Shown piece by piece: positions 31,801 to 45,025 of a stretch of 64,000 nt of DNA (its first letter is position 1; each line of letters begins with the position of its first letter). The translations under genes were made by a program, and so were the position numbers. The DNA lies in contig NW_021833232.1 of assembly GCF_006345805.1 (NCBI RefSeq), positions 21,309-85,308 on the forward strand, in the 5' to 3' direction. The stretch is from Octopus sinensis (Eukaryota). A model generated the notes under the pieces. That model was not told the DNA's origin and made no database searches. It saw only the letters and a list, made by a program, of their open reading frames with translations.

Positions 31801-33530
31801 TTCACACGCATACATGTATATACACACTCACATACATGTATACAGTACACAATACAAACACGTATATATATACACAATGCACATGTATATACCTACACAC
31901 ACACAATTCACACGCATACATGTATTACACCACTCACATACATGTATACAGTACACAATACAAACACGTATATATATACACAATGCACATGTATATACAT
32001 ACACACACACACTTCACACGCATACATGTATACACACTCACATACATGTATACAGTACACAATACAAACACGTATATATATACACAATGCACATGTATAT
32101 ACATACACACACACGCTTCACACGCATACATGTATATACACACTCACATACATGTATACAGTACACAATACAAACAGTATATATATACACAATGCACATG
32201 TATATACATACACACACACACTTCACACACATACATGTATATACACACTCACATACATGTATACAGTACACAATAAAACACTATATATATATACAATGCA
32301 CATGTATATACATACACACACACACTTCACACGCATACATGTATATACACACTCACATACATGTATACAGTACACAATACAAACATGTATATATATACAC
32401 AATGCACATGTATATACATACACACACACACTTCACACACATACATGTATATAACACACACACATACATGTATACAATGCACAATACAAACACGTATATA
32501 TATACACAATGCGCATGTAATACATACACACACACACTCACACGCATACATGTATATACACACTCACATACATGTATACAGTACACAATACAAACAAGTA
32601 TATATATATACACACTGCACATGTATATACATACACACACACACTTCACACGCAACATGTATATACACACTCACATACATGTATACAGTACACAATACAA
32701 ACACGTATATATATACACAATGCACATGTATATACATACACACACACACTTCACACGCATACATGTATATACACACTCACATACATGTATACAGTACACA
32801 ATACAAACACGTATATATACACAATGCACATGTATATACATACACACACACACTTCACACGCATACATGTATATACACACTCACATACATGTATACAACA
32901 CAATACCAAACACGTTTATATATACACAATGCACATGTAATACATAACACACACACTTCACACACATACATGTATATACACACTCACATACATGTATACA
33001 GTACACAATACAAACACGTATATTATACACAATGCACATGTATATACATACACACACACACTTCACACGCATTACATGTATATACACACTCACATACATG
33101 TACATACACACAAAAACACGTATATATATACACAATGCACATGTATATACATACACACACACACTTCACACGCATACATGTATATACACACTCACATACA
33201 TGTATACAGTACACAATACAAACACGTATATATATACACAATGCACATGTATATACATACACACACACACTTCACACACATACTTGTATATACACACTCA
33301 CATACATGTATACAGTACACAATACAAACACGTATATATATACACAATGCACATGTATATACATACACACACACACTTCACACACATACATGTATATACA
33401 CACTCACATACATGTATACAGTACACAATACAAACACGTATATATATACACAATGCACATGTATATACATACACACACACACTTCACACGCATACATGTA
33501 TATACACACTCACATACATGTACATGCACA
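16830..33530. repeat. 106-bp satellite array, ~16.7 kb, ~155-160 monomers
   Basis: Monomer catgtatacagtacacaatacaaacacgtatatatatacacaatgcacatgtatatacatacacacacacacttcacacgcatacatgtatatacacactcacata; ORF track recurs every 106 bp (23384, 23490, 23596, 23702...). Confidence 0.97.
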
Positions 33531-34232
33531 TACATATATACACTCCCACATGTATATACAACACACACATATATGTGCATACACATGATACATATGTATA
33601 CATGTGTATACATGCACATGCATACGTGTATACACCCACACACATATGTATACACACAGACATATATGTATACACACACAGTCAGACAGACACACACACA
33701 CACATGCATACACACACATGTAATACACATACATATATACAATACACGCATACATGTATATACACACACAGAGTACTTGTACATCTATACACAATACACA
33801 CATGTTCATACATATATACATATACAAATATACATACATATACATACATACATACATACATACATACATACATACATACATACATCATACATACATACAT
33901 ACATACATACATACATACATACATACATACATACATGCATACATTCGTACATATATACATACATACATACATACATACATATATGCATACATACACACAC
34001 ATACATACATACATACATACATACATCATACATACATACATCATACATACATACATACATACATACATACATACATACATCATACATACATACATCATAC
34101 ATACATACATACATACATACATACATACATACATACATGCATGCATACATTCGTACATACATACATACATACATACACACACACATACATACATACATGC
34201 ATACATACATACATATACACACACACACACGT
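33530..34232. repeat. Degenerate satellite edge grading into (TACA)n
   Basis: Direct reading. Confidence 0.9.
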
Positions 34233-34740
34233 CTATCTAGATCTTCTCCTCCTAATGAGGTCCCTAAATCCCTTCTTCCAGCTGATCCCTTTTGTTGAGT
34301 GGATTTAACTCTGCTGGGTCCCTGTTTTATAATATTTTCACATTGGTTGGACTGGAGTGGCGTGAACAGTGGCGGGTTGGGGTACAGTGTAAAGTGATGG
34401 TGGTGGTGGTGGTGGTGGTGACTATTGTGAAGAGGATGTGAAGATGGTGATGATGAAGATGATGCTAATGATAATGATGATGATGAGGAGGAGGAGGAGG
34501 AGGTGGTGGAGGATAATGATGATGAGTAGGTGGGAGGAGAATGCTGATGATGATGACTACATCAGTGGTGGTTGTGGTGGTGGTTGTGGTGGTGAAGGTG
34601 ACTGGGGTGGCGGTGGTAGTAGAGACAATTGATGTTGATGATGATAATGATGATGATGATGGTGAAAAATAATGACAAATATCAATAATAGAGACATAGT
34701 AATAGTAAAGATTAGGATTAAAGATGGTGGACGATATAGA

Positions 34741-34773
<33 letters not shown>

Positions 34774-34809
34774 AAGAGAGAGAGAGAGAGAGGGGGAGAG
34801 AGAGATGAG

Positions 34810-35845
34810 GACAGTAGACAGTTATGGACAAATGATTGAAGACAGAAGGTTGAAGACATAAAACGAAATATAGAAGATTAAAAGCAAAAGACAATAGGAA
34901 ACTAAAGTCAACTGATAGAAGACTAAAGGCAGATGACAAAAGACTGAAAATGGAAGACTAAAGGCAGATGACTTAAAGACAAAAGACTGAAGGCTACAGG
35001 TTGAAGATACAATAGAAAATTAAAGACAGAAGATAGATGATAGAAGATAGAAGATAGGAGACTAAAGACAGAAGATAGAAGGTTAAAGACAGAAGATAGG
35101 AGACTAAAGACAGAAGATAGAAGGTTAAAGACAGAAGATAGAATATTAAAGATAGAAGATAGAAGATTAAAGATAGAAGATAGAAGATTAAAGATAGAAG
35201 ATAGGAGACTAAAGACAGAAGATAGAAGGTTAAAGACAGAAGATAGAATATTAAAGACAGAAGATAGAAGATTAAAGATAGAAGATAGAAGATTAAAGAT
35301 AGAAGATAGGAGACTAAAGACAGAAGATAGAAGGTTAAAGACAGAAAAAATTAGACTAAAGAGAAAAGAAGTCTAAAGGCAGAAGATTTAAAAACTAAAG
35401 ATTGAAGATTAAAGGCAGAAGATTAAAGACAAAAGACTGAAGACTACAGGTTGAAGATACAATAGAAAATTCAAGACAGAAGATAGAATATTAAAGACAG
35501 AAGATAGAAGGTTAAAGATAGAAGATAGGAGACTAAAGACAGAAGATAGAAGGTTAAAGACAGAAAAATTTAGACTAAAGAGAAAAGAAGACTAAAGGCA
35601 GAAGATTTAAAAACTAAAGATTGAAGACTAAAGGCAGAAGATTAAAGACAAATGATTGAAGACTACAGATTGAAGATACAATAGAAAATTAAAGATAGAA
35701 GATAGAAGGTTAAAGACAGAAAAATTTAGACTAAAGAGAAAAGAAGACTAAAGGCAGAAGATTTAAAAACAAAAGATTGAAGACTAAAGGCAGAAGATTA
35801 AAGACAAATGATTGAAATCTAAAAACAGAAGACGAAAAATAGAAG
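34810..35845. repeat. Purine-rich 21-bp minisatellite with larger ~150-220-bp block repeats
   Basis: Units gaagatagaaggttaaagaca / gaagataggagactaaagaca; block agactaaagagaaaagaag..ggcagaagatttaaaaac at ~35352, 35571, 35728. Confidence 0.85.
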
Positions 35846-36074
35846 ATGGAACTTAAACAGAAAGCAATAAAAAAAATCTGATGTTAGAGGCATGGTTGTT
35901 TTAATAGCGTTATAGCCCCTGCCTCACCCCCAGGCAAAGCAATGTACTGGGGTCTCTACATACTCAAACCCAGCTTAGATGGGTCAGAACTGAACCTTCT
36001 AGAGTTGTGGTTCTCCCCCACTACCAACTGCCCAGTGTGTCTTCAGAGAAAACTAGTCCCAGGAAGGCATAAGA

Positions 36075-36420
36075 CATGATTGAAGCGATACATCAAAGAT
36101 AATGGATGACAAATGATTAAAGACAGGTGCCAAACAAAGAGACATGATAGATGGTTGAAGCAATACATCAAAGATAATGGATGACAAATGACTGAGGACA
36201 TACATCAAAGATAATGAATGATATATGATTAAAGACATATCAAATATAATAGATGACAGATGATTGAAACCATACATCAAAGATAGTGAATGATATATGA
36301 TTGAAGACATGTCAAATATAATGGATGACAGATGATTGAAACCATACATCAAAGATAATGGATGACAGATGACTAAAGACAGGTTTCAGACGAAGAGACA
36401 TGACTGATGATTATAGATAG
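36075..36420. repeat. ~35-bp degenerate minisatellite
   Basis: Recurring gatgattgaa..catacatcaaagataatggatgaca. Confidence 0.75.
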
Positions 36421-36624
36421 ATGATGCCAGATGAAAACTAAAGACAGACAATTGCAGACACTCATTTTGAGAATGTATATCAGATGAAGATACCAGACAG
36501 ACGATTGATGCGAGAGAGAGATGCAAGACAGATGACTGAAGACAGATGTCGGACAAAGACTAACAAAGAGAAAAGTAAGGGGACTGACAGTAGAACATTT
36601 AAAGAATGCTAAGGATTAAAGACT

Positions 36625-36637
36625 GAGATGATGATAT

Positions 36638-36672
<35 letters not shown>

Positions 36673-36775
36673 GTGATGGAGATGGTGATAGTGATGATGA
36701 TGATGATGATGATGATGGTGGCGGTGGTGATGATGATGAGGATGATGATGATGATGATATTGGTGATGATGATAG

Positions 36776-36809
<34 letters not shown>

Positions 36810-36811
36810 AG

Positions 36812-36854
<43 letters not shown>

Positions 36855-37284
36855 AGTGATGATGATGATGAAGATGATGGTGATGATGGTGATGATGGTG
36901 ATGATGATGATGGTGATGATGATGGATGTTGTGGTTGTAGTAGTGTTAATAGTGGTGATGATGATGATGGTCATGGTGGTAGTCATGATTGAAGTAGTGG
37001 TGGTGATGATGCTGATGATGATAAAGGCAATGGCAGTGATGATGATGATGATGATGGCACTGATGGCCATGATGATGTCAGCAGTGGAGATGTGCTGCTG
37101 CTGAAGAGGTTGATGATGATGATGATGATGGACATCATCATCATCATCGTGGTGGTGGTAGTGGTGGTGGTGGTGGTGGATAGTAGTGACGATGATAAAG
37201 GGGTGGGAATGGCGATGATGATGAAGGTGATGACAATGAAGATGGCGATGATAGTGATGGTAATGGTGATGATGACAACAACAC

Positions 37285-37319
<35 letters not shown>

Positions 37320-37325
37320 GTGATG
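36625..37325. repeat. (GAT)n/(GGT)n microsatellite
   Basis: Direct reading. Confidence 0.95.
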
Positions 37326-37679
37326 AAAGGGAGATATTTAAAGGTCAACAATCCTGGGGGATGAGTGGGGGGGACAGGTGGCAGGGGTGGTGGAAAGCGT
37401 AGAATATGTTTTTCCTTTCTTGCAAATGTTGTTTTGGTGGGGGTGAGGTGTAGGAGGAGGATGTACAAGTGTGAGGCGTGTGTACACACGTGTGTGTGTG
37501 TGTGCACGCATGTGTGTGTGCACGCATGTGTGTGTGTGTGTGTGCATGTGAATATCTGTGTGTGTGTGCATGTATGTCTGTGTGTGAGTGTATAAGTGTG
37601 TGTGTGTGTGTGTTTACATGCTTGTCAGTATCTGCATGTGTGTGTATGTGTATGTGTTTGTGTGTATGAACACGTGTTT

Positions 37680-38150
37680 GTGCATGCATGTGTGTGTGTG
37701 TGTGTGTGTGTGCTATTCAGAAAGTGGTGTGTGTGTGTATGTATATATCTGTTTGCATGTGTGTGTATGCTCTTTGTGCATGTGCTGTGTGTCTGTGTGT
37801 ACATGTATATGAATGTGTGTGTGCGTATGTGCATGTGTGTGTGTGTCTGTGTGTATGTGTGTGTGTGTGTGTGCTATTCAGAAAGTGGTGTGTGTGTGTA
37901 TATATCTGTTTGCATGTGTGTGTGCATGTGCTGTGTGATGTGCTGTGTGTTTGTGTGTACATGTATATGAATGTGTGTATGTGTGTGTATGTGCATGTGT
38001 GTGTCTGTGTGTATGTGTGTGTGTGTGTGCTATTCAGAAAGTGGTGTGTGTGTGTGTGTGTATATCTGTTTGCATGTGTGTGTATGCTTGTGTGTGCATG
38101 TGCTGTGTGTTTGTGTGTACATGTATATGAATGTGTGTGTATGTGTGTCT
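37680..38150. repeat. Three tandem ~160-bp GT-rich units
   Basis: gctattcagaaagtgg at 37712, 37873, 38029. Confidence 0.9.
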
Positions 38151-38263
38151 GTGTCACTCTGAAAGTGTTCTCTGTAATAATATGGTTTGTTGGGAGCATT
38201 CTAGTAAACACAGAATTTAAGGGTGCCAGCAGCAGCAGTAGCAGCAGCAGTAGCAGTAGTAGC

Positions 38264-38325
<62 letters not shown>

Positions 38326-38703
38326 CTGCTAACTCTTGCAAAGAGTGTGAACATTGAGAAATTCACTAAAGTGAGATGTGTACGCGTGTGTGTGTGTGTG
38401 TCTGTGCATGCGTGTACATATGTATGAATGTCTATATATGTGTGTGTGTGTGTGTTTGTACATATGTATGTGTATATATGGATGTGTTTGTATATATATA
38501 TATATGTATGTATGAGTATATATGTATGTGTGCATGTGTACATATGAACATGTGTATATATGTGTGTGTCTGTACATATGTGTATATGTGTGTGTGTAAT
38601 TGTATATGTGTGTGTAAATATGTACATATGTGTGTGCGCATGTGTGTATATATATATCTATGTGTGGGTATATATACATTGTGTGTGTGTGTCCATGCAT
38701 ATA

Positions 38704-39099
38704 CTCTTTTACTTGTTTCAGTCATTTGACTGTGGCCATGCTGGAGCACCACCTTTGTCAAGCAAATCGACCCCGGGACTTATTCTTTGTAAGCCTAGTA
38801 CTTATTCTAACAGTCTCTTTTGCCGAACTGCTAAGTTACGGGGACATAAACACACCAGCATCGGTTGCCAAGCGATGTTGGGGGGACAAACACAGACACA
38901 CAAATACACACGCATACATATATATATATATATACACACACATATATACCAGTTTCCATCTATCAAATCCACTCACAAAGCTTTGGTCGGCCTGAGACTA
39001 TAGTAGAAGACACTTGCCCAAAGTGCCATGCAGTGGGACTGAACCCAGAACCATGTGGTTGGTAAGCAAGCTACTTACCACACAGCCACTCCTGTGCCT
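38704..39099 (-). mobile_element. SINE family A, full length with small internal deletion
   Basis: End-to-end homology to other copies. Confidence 0.88.
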
Positions 39100-39946
39100 A
39101 TATATATAATTCTTTTTTCTCTTGGTTCAACCATTTGACTGCTGCCATTCTGGAGCACTGCATTGAAATGGTTAGTGAAACAAATCTGACTCTTACTGTG
39201 TCAGTCTTGTTTTGCTGAATTGCTAAGTTATTGGGATGCAAAAAATGGAAGAAAGTCCAGAGGTGAAAAGACTAACACACACACACAAAACCATACACAC
39301 ACATACACACTCACACATGCACACACACATACACACACACATACACACATGCATGCACAAACACATATACACATGCACACACACACATACATGCACACAC
39401 ATACACACATACACACACACATACACACATGCATGCACAAACACATATACACATGCACACACACATACACACATACATGCACAAACACATATACACATAT
39501 AGACATGCACACACACACGCATACATACATGCACACACACACACACATACATGCACACACATACACACATGCACACACACATACACACATACATGCACAA
39601 ACACATATACACATATAGACATGCACACACACACGCATACATACATGCACACGCATACACACATGCATGCACACTTACACACCCACGTGCATGTTTGAGG
39701 TTTTGTGTTTGTTTCCCTCATTGCTTGATAACTGGTGTTGGTTAGTTTATATCCCTGTAATGGTAGCAGTTCATCAAACAGAGACTGATATAATGTGTAG
39801 CAGACTTTAAGAAAATATGTAATAATTTGTTCGACTAAACTCTCTAAAGGCAGTGATCCAGCATGGCCAGTATCCAATGACTGAAACATGACAGAGATAA
39901 AAGAAAATGGAATGTGTGTGTGTGTGTGTGTGTGTGTAATCATACA

Positions 39947-39977
<31 letters not shown>

Positions 39978-39978
<1 letters not shown>

Positions 39979-40303
39979 CATCATCATCATCATTGTTTAA
40001 CGTCCGTTCTCCATGCTAGAATGGGTTGGACGGTTTGACCGGGGATCTGGGAAGCCAGGAGGCTGCACCAGGCCCCATTCTGATCTGGCAGTGTTTCTAC
40101 AGCTGGATGCCCTTCCTAACGCCAACCACTCCGTGAGTGTAGTGGGTGCTTTTTACGTGCCACCTGCACAGGCGCCAGGCGAGGCAGGCAATGGCCACGA
40201 TCGAATTGGTGCATTTTATGTGCCACTGGCACGGAAGCCAGTCAAGGCGGCGCTGGCATCGGCCACGATTCGGAGGGTGCTTTTTACGTGCCACCGGCAT
40301 GCA
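39978..40303 (-). mobile_element. Family D copy
   Basis: (CAT)n then tttaacgtccgttctccatgctagaatgggttgg..cagctggatgcccttcctaacgccaacc. Confidence 0.82.
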
Positions 40304-40452
40304 CGTGTATGTACGAGTGTATATGTACGAGTGTATATGTACGAGTGTATATATGTGCATATATATATATATATATATATATGTTTATATATATGCATAC
40401 ATACATGCACTCACACATATACCTGTATGTGTCTATGGTAGCTTTGTTATAT

Positions 40453-40690
40453 CTAGTGGAAATTTAGTAACTCATAAGGTACTTCATACAAGTCGTTGAT
40501 CTTTTCAGAAAACACTAACTTCTTTTTAGAACTTCTAAAGTTTTTAGTATCAGATTCCATTTTAGTTTGAAAGGAGTTACGATACTTACAGCATCTAATA
40601 TTGGTAACTAATTCAAGGACGTCTGTCTCAAAAGGGACCAAGGTCTTTAACAGTAGGAGGGTATTTAACTGTCTTTGAACAATAATATTC
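40453..40690 (-). pseudogene. Penelope-like element ORF fragment (region upstream of the RT core), inverted
   Basis: Reads ..KTVKYPPTVKD/LVPFETDVLELVTNIRCCKYRNSFQTKMESDTKNFRSSKKKLVFSEKINDLYEV (one frameshift), matching the PFExDLxxLIxNI..NxFQxKL..ADKTxNxY pattern I recall for PLE ORFs. Confidence 0.65.
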
Positions 40691-40694
40691 CAAG

Positions 40695-41468
40695 AAACTT
40701 ACCTATAAAGATAAATAGTCTTGTCACACTCCTGTAATAATAACCTGATAGTAACAGAGTTTTGAACCTCTCTTTCTCTAAAATGATTTTCAAGAAGGCA
40801 GCCCCTTACTACAATAATGCTCTAGTCAGTGACCTAAAAATAAACCTAGCAAAATTATTTGGTTTACTCCTCCTTTTTCTCTTAATGTAAAAACTAACAC
40901 AGGTAAAAGATTCCTATCTCCCCAAGACAAACAATTTCCAGAAAATCACAAGTACAAGAAAATATTTGAAAGATGATCTGTGAAATTATCATATAGCTGT
41001 TGTCCCAATATGAAGAGTATCATTTCATGAGATCAACACCAGGAGCCCATGCTGTCATAACTGTTGAGACCTAGAAACCTGTTCACTTCACCAACGATGT
41101 ATGATTAAATCTCTCATGTATGAGTCAGAAGTTACTACACTGCTACATAATAACACAACCGATAAGAAGAGTTATATTGGACTTTGTGAAGGAGGATTCA
41201 AGAATTGCTTCCCTTTGACACAGGGACAAAAGCAAAGCTACTAAGTTGTCTAGTCACATATAGAGTTTGAAATCAAGTGCAACACTACATATGATAAAGT
41301 GGAAAATAGTAAAAAAAATCCACACCATATGTTAAGGGATTAAAAAAATATAAGCTATGCACAGCTGAAAAAACTCAGATCCTTTTCAGATCTAAGCACT
41401 CTTACTCACTGCATAACACTAGATCTGAAATTTTCAGCAGTTGTAAGCATATGCCTAAGTTCCTGTAG
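40695..41468 (+). pseudogene. Penelope-like element thumb/linker plus GIY-YIG endonuclease, degraded
   Basis: With stops and frameshifts: SCHTPVII, IFKKAAPYYNNAL, IIWFTPPFSLNVKTNTGKRFL, FPENHKYKKIF, VKLSYSCCPNMKSIIS, KSLMYESEV..SYIGLCEGGFK, TKLSSHI*SLK, IKWKIV, LCTAEK, NTRSEIFSSCKHMPKFL*. Confidence 0.85.
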
Positions 41469-41741
41469 AAGAATTGGGAAGTACCTCCCCTGCTAGATTA
41501 TCTGCACCATAAACTCTAAGCCACTATATTTTCAGCCTTATAATAGACAGAATAACTCTTATTCTCCTTTTATTTTTTTTTATGATTATTTTTTTCATTT
41601 TCCAGTTTTACAACTTTCCACTTTTTATATATATTTCCTTCTTGCATTTGTTCCCATTTTGAGTTTTTTATGCTATGTGGGCAGTGTCTGATGATTGTGC
41701 CAAGACACCAGATGTGTTTAAAAAACAATGCTTAGCATGCT

Positions 41742-41910
41742 CTCAACTACAAGAGTTGCAGTTGATCCAATCAACAGAACAGCCAGCTTGTGAAATTAAT
41801 GTGCAAGTGGCTGAGCATTCAACAGCCACACGGACCCTTAATGTAGTTTCCAGGGACATGTAGCGTATTACAGAATGTGACAAGACTGACCCTTTGAAAG
41901 AAAGGCACAA
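41742..41910 (-). mobile_element. SINE-like fragment (probably a family C-type 3' region)
   Basis: gttgatccaatcaacagaacagcc..gtgaaattaatgtgcaagtggctgagca recognised as a dispersed repeat; no second copy of this part in the window. Confidence 0.45.
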
Positions 41911-42212
41911 CTCAAGTTTTGGGGTCATGGGAAATAAAGGGGCTTGCTCGCTTGTAACATGCTGCTGGGGATTGAACAGATGATAAACCACCAAACCACG
42001 TGCCTTTCACACTACTACTACTACTACTACTACAACTACTACTGCTGCTGCTGCCACTACTGCTGCTGCTGCAGCTACAACATACAGGCACTACAATAGA
42101 TGTAAACACACATACATACCACTATCTACACAAACACACACAAGCACACACACACACATAAACAAACACACACACACCTTGGAAACCATTGTGTTATGTT
42201 GACCATTTAAAC

Positions 42213-42689
42213 TTGTGGTTCTCAACCTTTTTTCCACTTATGGACCCCTCTGATCCCTCTTTTACTCAGATGGACATCCTATAAACATTTGATGTCGAAA
42301 AAACCTTATTATATTTTTTATAATTAAACATTATTATGAATTGTATATAAAAGAAAATATTTTGTTTATCACAGAAGTATAACCTAATTATTGTGCATAA
42401 ATTTCTACAACAAAATCTTATATGAACCCTTAACCCTTTAGTATTTAAACAGGCCATATCCGGCCCAAATATTCTACCTGCTTTATGTTCTAACTAGTCA
42501 GATCCCACCTATCACACCTACCCTTCAATGCCATTCTAGAAATATACAATCTCATCATCAAAACTTTATAGCTACAAAATAAAGCTTGATTAATTATAAA
42601 CGATGTCAATGAAAAATCATTACATTTGACAAAATAATCTGAATACGAAAGGGTTAAGGGTCATGTGGGCCCCGGTTGAGAACCACTGA
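42213..42689. mobile_element. hAT (Charlie/MER5-like) MITE carrying a nested piggyBac-like MITE
   Basis: TIRs gtggttctcaacc (~42215) / ggttgagaaccactg (42675-42689); TSD not clear. Confidence 0.65.
42434..42653. mobile_element. piggyBac-like MITE
   Basis: TTAA at 42430-42433 and 42654-42657; TIR ccctttagtatt / aatacgaaaggg (1 mismatch). Confidence 0.8.
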
Positions 42690-42822
42690 TGTTCACCTAT
42701 ATTATACAAAATTTCCCTGACTTTGGTTCCTGTCTGTTCCAGTGAGACTTCCAGTATAAGATCTACGAAAGCTGGTTTGGAAAGGTTCGTTACCTCTCTA
42801 TATACTTATGCCTTTTGCACAC

Positions 42823-43280
42823 GTGGTAAGAAACTTGTTTCCTAACCACATGGTTCTGAGTTCAGTCCCACTACGCGGCCCCTTGGCCGAGTGTCTTCTA
42901 CTATAGGCCAAGCCAACCAAAGCCTTGTGAGTGGATTTGGTAGACGGAAATTGGAAGAAACTCATCACCACCACCACCATCATCATCATCATTTAATGTC
43001 TGTCTTCCATACTGGCATGGATGGATTGGACAGTTTGATAGGAGTTGGCAAGTCCAGGTGCCACACCAGGTGCCACACCAGGTGCTACTGTCTATTTTAG
43101 AATGATTTTAATAGCTGGATGTCCTTCCTAATGTTAACGTGTGTGTGTGTGTGTTTGTGTTGGGCCCCATTAATCACTGTGTGGCATCTGATATTGGTTT
43201 GTTTACATCCGTAGCTAAGAGCTGTAATGGGTTCAATGTGATGGACTAAAATCTTCAAAGCTGTATCCCAGCATAGCTGC
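42823..43280 (+). mobile_element. SINE A head (42823-42962) and degenerate tail (~43140-43280) interrupted by a minus-strand family D copy (42963-43135)
   Basis: Motif order. Confidence 0.65.
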
Positions 43281-43381
43281 ATTCCGATAATGGAAACAAT
43301 TAAAAAAAAATACACACACACACATATTCATTCACACACAATCTCTTACACATACATACTCTCTCACTCACACATACACAT

Positions 43382-43821
43382 AGGCATAGGAGTGGCTGTG
43401 TGGTAAGTAGCTTGCTTACCAACCACATGGTTCTGGGTTCAATCTCACTGCATGGCACCTTGGGCAAGTGTCTTCTACTATAGTCTCGGGCTGATCAAAG
43501 CCTTGTGAGTGGATTTGGTAGACGGAAACTGAAAGAAGTCTGTCGTATATATGTGTATACATATATTTATAGATATATATATATATATATAATGTGTGTG
43601 TGTGTATGTGTGTGTATATGTTTGTGTGTCTGTGTTTGTCCCCCCAACATCACTTGACAACCGATGCTGGTGTGTTTACCTCCCCGCAACTTAACAATTC
43701 AGCAAAAGAGACCAATAGAATAAGTACTAGGCTTACAAAGAGTAAGTCCTGGGGTCAATTTGCTCAACTAAAGGCGATGCTCCAGCATGGCCGCAGTCAA
43801 GTGACTGAAACAAGTAAAAGA
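43382..43821 (+). mobile_element. SINE family A, full length
   Basis: A/B boxes, core and tail. Confidence 0.9.
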
Positions 43822-43988
43822 ATATACTGGGGAAAATAGCAAGGGTAAGACTTTGTGGGGTGATTTTAATGATATCGTACATGTCAGAATTTAGGGGCTA
43901 ACTGCTCTTTAATAGAGCATCATAAAAGGACTTGGTAGAATTAACTTAGATTGAACCAGTCTGAGGAAATTCAGTCCAGGTTCAGTCC

Positions 43989-44336
43989 GGGTTCAGTCCC
44001 ACTGCGTGGCACCTTGGGCAAGTGTCTTCTACTATAGCCTCGGGCTGACCAAAGCCTTGTGAGTGGATTTGGTAGACGGAAACTGAAAGAAGCCTGTCGT
44101 ATATATGTATATATATATATATATGCGTGTCTGTGTTTGTCCCCCTAGCATTGCTTGACAACCGATGCTGGTGTGTTTATGTCCCCGTTACTTAGCGGTT
44201 CGGCAAAAGAGACTGATAGAATAAATACTGGGCTTACAAAAGAATAAGTCCCGAGGTCGAGTTATTCGATTAAAGGCGGTGCTCCAGCATGGTCGCAGTC
44301 AAATGACAGAAACAAGTAAAAGAGTAAAAGAGTAAA
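43989..44336 (+). mobile_element. SINE family A, 5'-truncated at the B box, with triplicated ttcagtcc
   Basis: ttcagtccaggttcagtccgggttcagtcccactgcgtggcacc. Confidence 0.88.
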
Positions 44337-44486
44337 GTATATCAATGAAAGAAAAATTAGGTAAAACCTTAGTTTAACAAGTAATAACATTGCACTCAGG
44401 TTTATTGCAGGGCGATATTGCCCTGCAATAGTAAGCAGCTGGATATAAATATGTAGGTACACATCCAGTAGTATATTGGATATTTG

Positions 44487-44903
44487 GATCTTTTCCTTTT
44501 GAACGGCACTTTGTAACATAATTTCTAGGTAACTAAAAAGTTTTAAACTTCGTATACTGGTAGAATGTGTTTATAAAATATCATTTTCTCTTGGCTTTAT
44601 TTAGAAAATTCTATAGGTTGTAAGATATTTCGTCTGAAATTTCTTGCATTTAGGCAATTTTAACCAATCACTGGAGTCCATTTAGGTAAATAACATTCTG
44701 TGCATAATGAATATGTCCCTCCTTTAAGAAACAGATTGGGTTTATTTACATTTGTGACGAAAAAAGATACCCTTCCCCCACCCCTAACCCTAACCCTAAA
44801 TCTAAAATAGATTGAAATGCAATAGATCGATACTAGGATTATAATTATGGGTGACAATTTCATACGACACCGCTACGGAAAATGGGATTTTTTTCTAGCG
44901 GTG
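44487..44903. mobile_element. Probable non-autonomous DNA element with internal (CCCTAA)3 and a terminal hairpin
   Basis: ccctaa x3 at 44782-44799; caccgcta/tagcggtg inverted repeat 44868-44903; boundaries approximate. Confidence 0.45.
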
Positions 44904-45025
44904 TATATATATATATATATACACACACATATATATCTATGTATATATATATGTATATATAAATACATACATGATTGATTTCTCACTCCAAAATTTTTTT
45001 TGTGCTCTGTTTATTTCCTCGTGTT

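Noticed and set aside
16693-34308. Giant ORFs (up to 2193 aa) as protein-coding genes
   Set aside because: All three + frames are open at once because the 106-bp monomer lacks stop triplets; no unique domain, splice context or codon structure
42720-42790. Hammerhead-like ..cagtgagac..tctacgaaagc
   Set aside because: Core too far from CUGANGA and helix II not convincing
44782-44799. Telomere or fusion scar
   Set aside because: Only three hexamers, embedded in an apparent dispersed element
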